The translations under genes and the position numbers were made by a program. A DNA stretch of 40,286 bases from an uncultured Dehalococcoidia bacterium (GTDB lineage: Bacteria > Chloroflexota > Dehalococcoidia > Lucifugimonadales > UBA3495): NCBI GenBank assembly GCA_950072105.1, contig CATMOE010000033.1, positions 1 through 40,286 of the forward strand, read 5' to 3'. Below are positions 37,008-40,286 of the stretch, one piece after another; positions within the stretch are counted from its first letter, which is position 1; each line of letters begins with the position of its first letter. Under the pieces are notes generated by a model. That model did not search any database, was not told the DNA's origin, and worked only from the letters and a program-made list of their open reading frames with translations.

Positions 37008-37350
37008 CTGCCTACCTCGCCCGCTTAGATACGGACGTCTTAGATTTGTTTAACTTGCCCTGGCAGTCCGCTCCCGATTCTCCAGCCGGTCGATGTTCAT
37101 GCGGCAATCCCAGCGGGCATTGGCACAATTCTACCACTGGTTTTGGTCAACCAGGACCGGAATTCGATTTTGGTTTCCCAGTTTGAACTCAGAATAAACA
37201 TACCGTCTGATCTGGAGTGCTGATGGGGTATTGAGCCAACGCACGACGGTTGGGAGTTTATCCCATCTTACAGCCAGTGTCGGCACCCTACTGGCAAAGC
37301 CCAGCCGCCGTTACCCTATGAATAGTTGTCGATAACGAGGAACTCCACCG

Positions 37351-37569
37351 ATGGCCGAAGGTCTCATCCGCGGAACAAAAGTCAGAATCATGTCCGGCAT
37401 TTACGCCAAGATGACCGGAACCATAGATAGCAATACCTATGGAGCGACGGTTGACGAACCGGGCGAGGTGTGCATGGGGTATGGGGTGATCCTGGACGAT
37501 GGAGAGTGGGTTATTTTACGCCTAAACCAGGTAACGACCCGGTTCAAGAAGTCGACGGATCACCATTAG
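37351..37569 (+). CDS. small KOW/SH3-like hypothetical protein
   Basis: GTKVRIMSGIYAKMTGTI resembles a KOW motif; GAGGA SD. Confidence 0.65.
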   Translation: MAEGLIRGTKVRIMSGIYAKMTGTIDSNTYGATVDEPGEVCMGYGVILDDGEWVILRLNQVTTRFKKSTDHH

Positions 37570-37599
37570 TATTTAGTCTGATCCCGGTGATCTTTCGTT

Positions 37600-37636
37600 G
37601 AAAGCCGCCTTTCCCGGAGCGGCGGGGCGGCGTTTC
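37600..37636. terminator. putative bidirectional terminator hairpin
   Basis: GAAAGCCGCC...GGCGGCGTTTC between convergent genes. Confidence 0.4.
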
Positions 37637-37688
37637 TTATTGACCTGTGCCGGGTAAGATACCTGACGTTCGCCCAGTTAACTCACTC

Positions 37689-38435
37689 TCACTCATAAAG
37701 CTGAAGTCCGCCTTCAGGAGAGGGAAACGTCTCATCGTCCTGGAAGGCCCAGGCGAAGGCCTTGGACAAGACTTTGCTGTTGGTGGCGCCGCTGAAACGG
37801 TGGTCGCAGTCCGGCACCTCGCGCACTCGCAAGGAGTTGGCGGCCATCGGTCCGCAACGCACCACGTAGGCCAGGAGTCCGGCCATCTGGTCTTGGCTTC
37901 CGAAAGCCATGTAGATGTCCCCAGTGAATCGAGTGATCCCTTCATAGAAATAGTCTCCAACGCTGTCGTAGGCGGACAGCAGAAGGATCCGCTTTATTTC
38001 CTCGTAGCGGAAAGCCACCGCGCCGACGGCCGACCCGCCGGAGGAAAAACCCGACAGGTAGACCACCGGGGAGGTTGACCCACAAAGCTCGGACGCCCGC
38101 TCTAGAGAAAACTCCACCACGTGGGCCAGGCTCTCCACCAATAGTTGATTCCAACTGGCCCCTTTGTGGGAATAAGGCTCCCATGGTAGCTGCACCTGCC
38201 AATCGGGGCGAGGCGCGTTGTAAGTGACCATCGTGGCCAGCCCGCCCTCCTGCAGGTGCCGGGCCAGCTTCATCCAACGGTCATGGCGCCCGTCTTTAAA
38301 CTCGCCGGAGCCGGGAGAGTTCACGATGATGACACCCGAGTCGGTGGGATAGGCGGAGATGGGGACCTGATAGTCCACATTCTTCCCAAGGTGGTCCTCA
38401 ATCTCTCTTTCCAGCGTCTCGTCTATGCGGTCCAA
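37689..38435 (-). CDS. alpha/beta hydrolase fold protein
   Basis: LSGFSSGG nucleophile elbow, GSQD, CDHRF. Confidence 0.82.
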   Translation of the reverse strand: MDRIDETLEREIEDHLGKNVDYQVPISAYPTDSGVIIVNSPGSGEFKDGRHDRWMKLARHLQEGGLATMVTYNAPRPDWQVQLPWEPYSHKGASWNQLLVESLAHVVEFSLERASELCGSTSPVVYLSGFSSGGSAVGAVAFRYEEIKRILLLSAYDSVGDYFYEGITRFTGDIYMAFGSQDQMAGLLAYVVRCGPMAANSLRVREVPDCDHRFSGATNSKVLSKAFAWAFQDDETFPSPEGGLQLYE

Positions 38436-38845
38436 ACAGTATCGCCCTTTCTGATCGAATGTTGGGGTCTAAGCATCTTCAAACCGAACTACGTAGCGGT
38501 GGCGTAACCCCCGGCAGGAAAAACAGCCTTTTGTTAATAGCCGATCTTACACCCGCCGGGGCTGTATGGGATAGAACTTGACCAATGGGCTAAATAGATC
38601 GCCGGAGGATTCGGCTTACATAGATATTCTAACCTCTGCCGGCACGGCATGAATAGAATCGCTGTCGAATCCCGGTATTTTCATCTGACCGGAGGCCCAG
38701 GCACGAATTAGAAAGTAGCTGGGCTGAGTGGCGCTCCGTGAGCAAGTCCATTGCCGCCTAGCTTAAAGGCAGAGGTAAAGAACCGAATCGAATCTCCTTA
38801 CATAATATTAATTATCGCTAATTGGACTAGTAAGGAGGAAGGACT

Positions 38846-39016
38846 GTGCGGTGTTGCCGGAAGTGTCAGGGACATCTCAGATACGACCGAGAGTTCCCGG
38901 GAATGGTTTGCCAAAGCTGCGGGGTGGTCTATTACTTCAGCCCGCCTCCGTATACTGGCAGCGGCGAATTGAACAAAAGGCGGGGTGGCGGATGGCACCA
39001 AGTGGCCGCCGCTTAG
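38846..39016 (+). CDS. small zinc-ribbon protein (56 aa)
   Basis: TAAGGAGG SD, GTG start; MRCCRKCQGHLRYDREFPGMVCQSCGVVYYFSPPPYTGSGELNKRRGGGWHQVAAA*; CxxC-14-CxxCG; below the ORF-track cutoff. Confidence 0.78.
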   Translation: MRCCRKCQGHLRYDREFPGMVCQSCGVVYYFSPPPYTGSGELNKRRGGGWHQVAAA

Positions 39017-39118
39017 GCTGATCGGCTCCCGCCATGCCGGTTTCTCAACGCGACATAGCAGATCGAATGATCCGTACAACGGTGCTGGGTGGGTTGGTTC
39101 GCCGTGGGTCGGTCTAGC

Positions 39119-39784
39119 CTATCCCACCGGAGAGATGCAATCCGGCACGTTATTCCTCGCCGAATTCACCAATTGGGAAACGATATACGAGTCCATCGCC
39201 TCGGCTGGGCAAGGGACTAACAACGGAGTAACCACCGCGGCGTCTTCGGTCAGCGGATCCAGCCATAAGGCCTCGGCTTCGCCGGAAAGAACAACAGGCA
39301 TGCGGTTGTGGATGGGAGCGATGAAGTCGTTGGGCGTGGTAGTCACTATCGTGCATGACTGGACAACCTCCCCTTCCGGGGACCTCCACGTATCCCACAA
39401 ACCGGCCAAGGCAAATGGTTCTTTGGACTTGAGGAAGATATAGGTGGGAATCTTCTCCTTCCCTTCCTTTCGCCACTCAAAGAACCCATTGGCCAGGATC
39501 AGGCACCGGCGCTTCTTTATCAGGGATCTAAATGCCGGTTTAGCCGCCACGGTCTCACCCACCGCGTTAATCATCCTAGCGCCGATTTTAATATCCTTAG
39601 CCCAGAACGGGACCAAGCCCCACCGCATCAACCGCGCCTGCCGTTGTCCGTCGTTGGTGACGGTCAGGACTTGCTGGGTAGGCGCGATGTTATAGCTCGG
39701 ACGATACTCTTTGTCCAAGCCGTCAAACTGAAATCTTCCTTGTAGGTCGTCCAGGTTCGACGTGAGCGTGAATCGTCCACACAT
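39119..39784 (-). CDS. SOS response-associated peptidase (SRAP; YedK/HMCES family)
   Basis: MCGRF, YNIAPTQ, WGLVPFW, INA, RRCLI.ANGFFEW, IHNRMPV, VN. Confidence 0.95.
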   Translation of the reverse strand: MCGRFTLTSNLDDLQGRFQFDGLDKEYRPSYNIAPTQQVLTVTNDGQRQARLMRWGLVPFWAKDIKIGARMINAVGETVAAKPAFRSLIKKRRCLILANGFFEWRKEGKEKIPTYIFLKSKEPFALAGLWDTWRSPEGEVVQSCTIVTTTPNDFIAPIHNRMPVVLSGEAEALWLDPLTEDAAVVTPLLVPCPAEAMDSYIVSQLVNSARNNVPDCISPVG

Positions 39785-39796
39785 AATTCGCCTCCA

Positions 39797-40152
39797 TCAC
39801 CAACGGGCTTCTTCCATGCCTATCTCATAGGACCTTGTGGTAGATATGCGCAGGAAGAAATCCCCAGATCCCCTCACTCCCAGTGTACCCGTCAGCGGAC
39901 CTTCCAGGGTGGAATCATCGTACAAAGTAGAATCGAATAAAAACTTGTAAAAAATCCCGTCAACGTTGTAAACGTGGATGACGAAATCACCTCGGCCTAT
40001 CGGGTCCGTATTGGCTTCCCATACCACCCGCCAAAGCACGGAGTCGACATGGAAATTCGGAGTGTCGTTGTCCCCATCTCTCGCCCAATTTTCCAGCTTC
40101 ACCCACTCGGACGGAGGGATTTCCGGAGTAGGGACTTGCGGTTCTTGGGGAG
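39797..40152 (-). pseudogene. 3' part of a hypothetical (probably exported) protein interrupted by IS3
   Basis: Frame stays open to the IS end and reads PQEPQVPTPEIPPSEWVKLENW...; Pro-rich linker with no start codon/SD before the IS boundary. Confidence 0.6.
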
Positions 40153-40286
40153 TGAGGTGGTCTGGGAAATTTGAACAGGTAGCTAAGAGAGAGTCCCGCT
40201 CCTAGAATCGCAAAGAAGGAGCAGGACATGAAACAGATACGGAAGAAACACAGCCCAGCCTTCAAAGCCAAGGTGGCCTTGTCTGC
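40153..40286 (+). mobile_element. IS3-family insertion sequence, left end (truncated by window edge)
   Basis: Begins TG (TGAGGTGGTCTGGGAAATTTGAACAG), followed by SD and an OrfA-like start; exact IRL boundary inferred. Confidence 0.78.
40228..40286 (+). CDS. IS3-family transposase OrfA, N-terminus (partial)
   Basis: MKQIRKKHSPAFKAKVALS, typical HTH_Tnp_1 start; AAGGAG SD. Confidence 0.85.
   Translation, partial: MKQIRKKHSPAFKAKVALS

Noticed and set aside
38960..39110. Possible ncRNA (GCGGCGAA...TTCGCCGT closing stem after a TATACT box)
   Set aside because: The 5' half lies inside the convincing 56-aa zinc-ribbon ORF; no 6S, SRP, RNase P or tmRNA signature; GC-rich stems arise by chance.
39033..39116. 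Short ORF MPVSQRDIADRMIRTTVLGGLVRRGSV resembling an HTH or integrase tail
   Set aside because: 27 codons, no SD; resemblance too weak to support.
375..40271. Numerous overlapping or antisense ORFs in the six-frame track (e.g. 2896..3429, 13442..14059, 29987..30610, 31040..31615)
   Set aside because: Shadow ORFs of GC-rich genes with no motifs or SD; they overlap well-supported CDSs.

Overview
A ~40 kb accessory/catabolic region of a moderately GC-rich bacterium, most likely Chloroflexota (Dehalococcoidia/SAR202-like). This assignment is inferred from gene content: three luciferase-like monooxygenases (one a pseudogene), three CMD/AhpD-like paralogs, several amidohydrolases and an archaeal-type flagellin. 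It carries about 40 mostly stand-alone catabolic and membrane genes (GGT, cyclase, Fe-ADH, MFS, D-aminoacylase, SDR, nicF plus isomerase-like, PTER-like phosphotriesterase, DLH-GMC-lactonase, rhomboid, HAD, alpha-hydroxy-acid oxidase, coaE, SRAP). It ends in the left end of an IS3-family element that interrupts a gene. The main things the ORF track misses are: (i) an orphan archaellin whose conserved C-terminus lies out of frame behind an A7 tract, with an unannotated 54-59 aa coiled-coil micro-ORF and a 15-bp tandem repeat upstream; (ii) a degenerate tRNA-Val(GAC) next to a secreted-protein gene bracketed by direct repeats; (iii) an unannotated 56-aa zinc-ribbon protein; (iv) two families of REP-like palindromes; (v) several single-base lesions. 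All family assignments come from motif recognition by eye; no searches were run.
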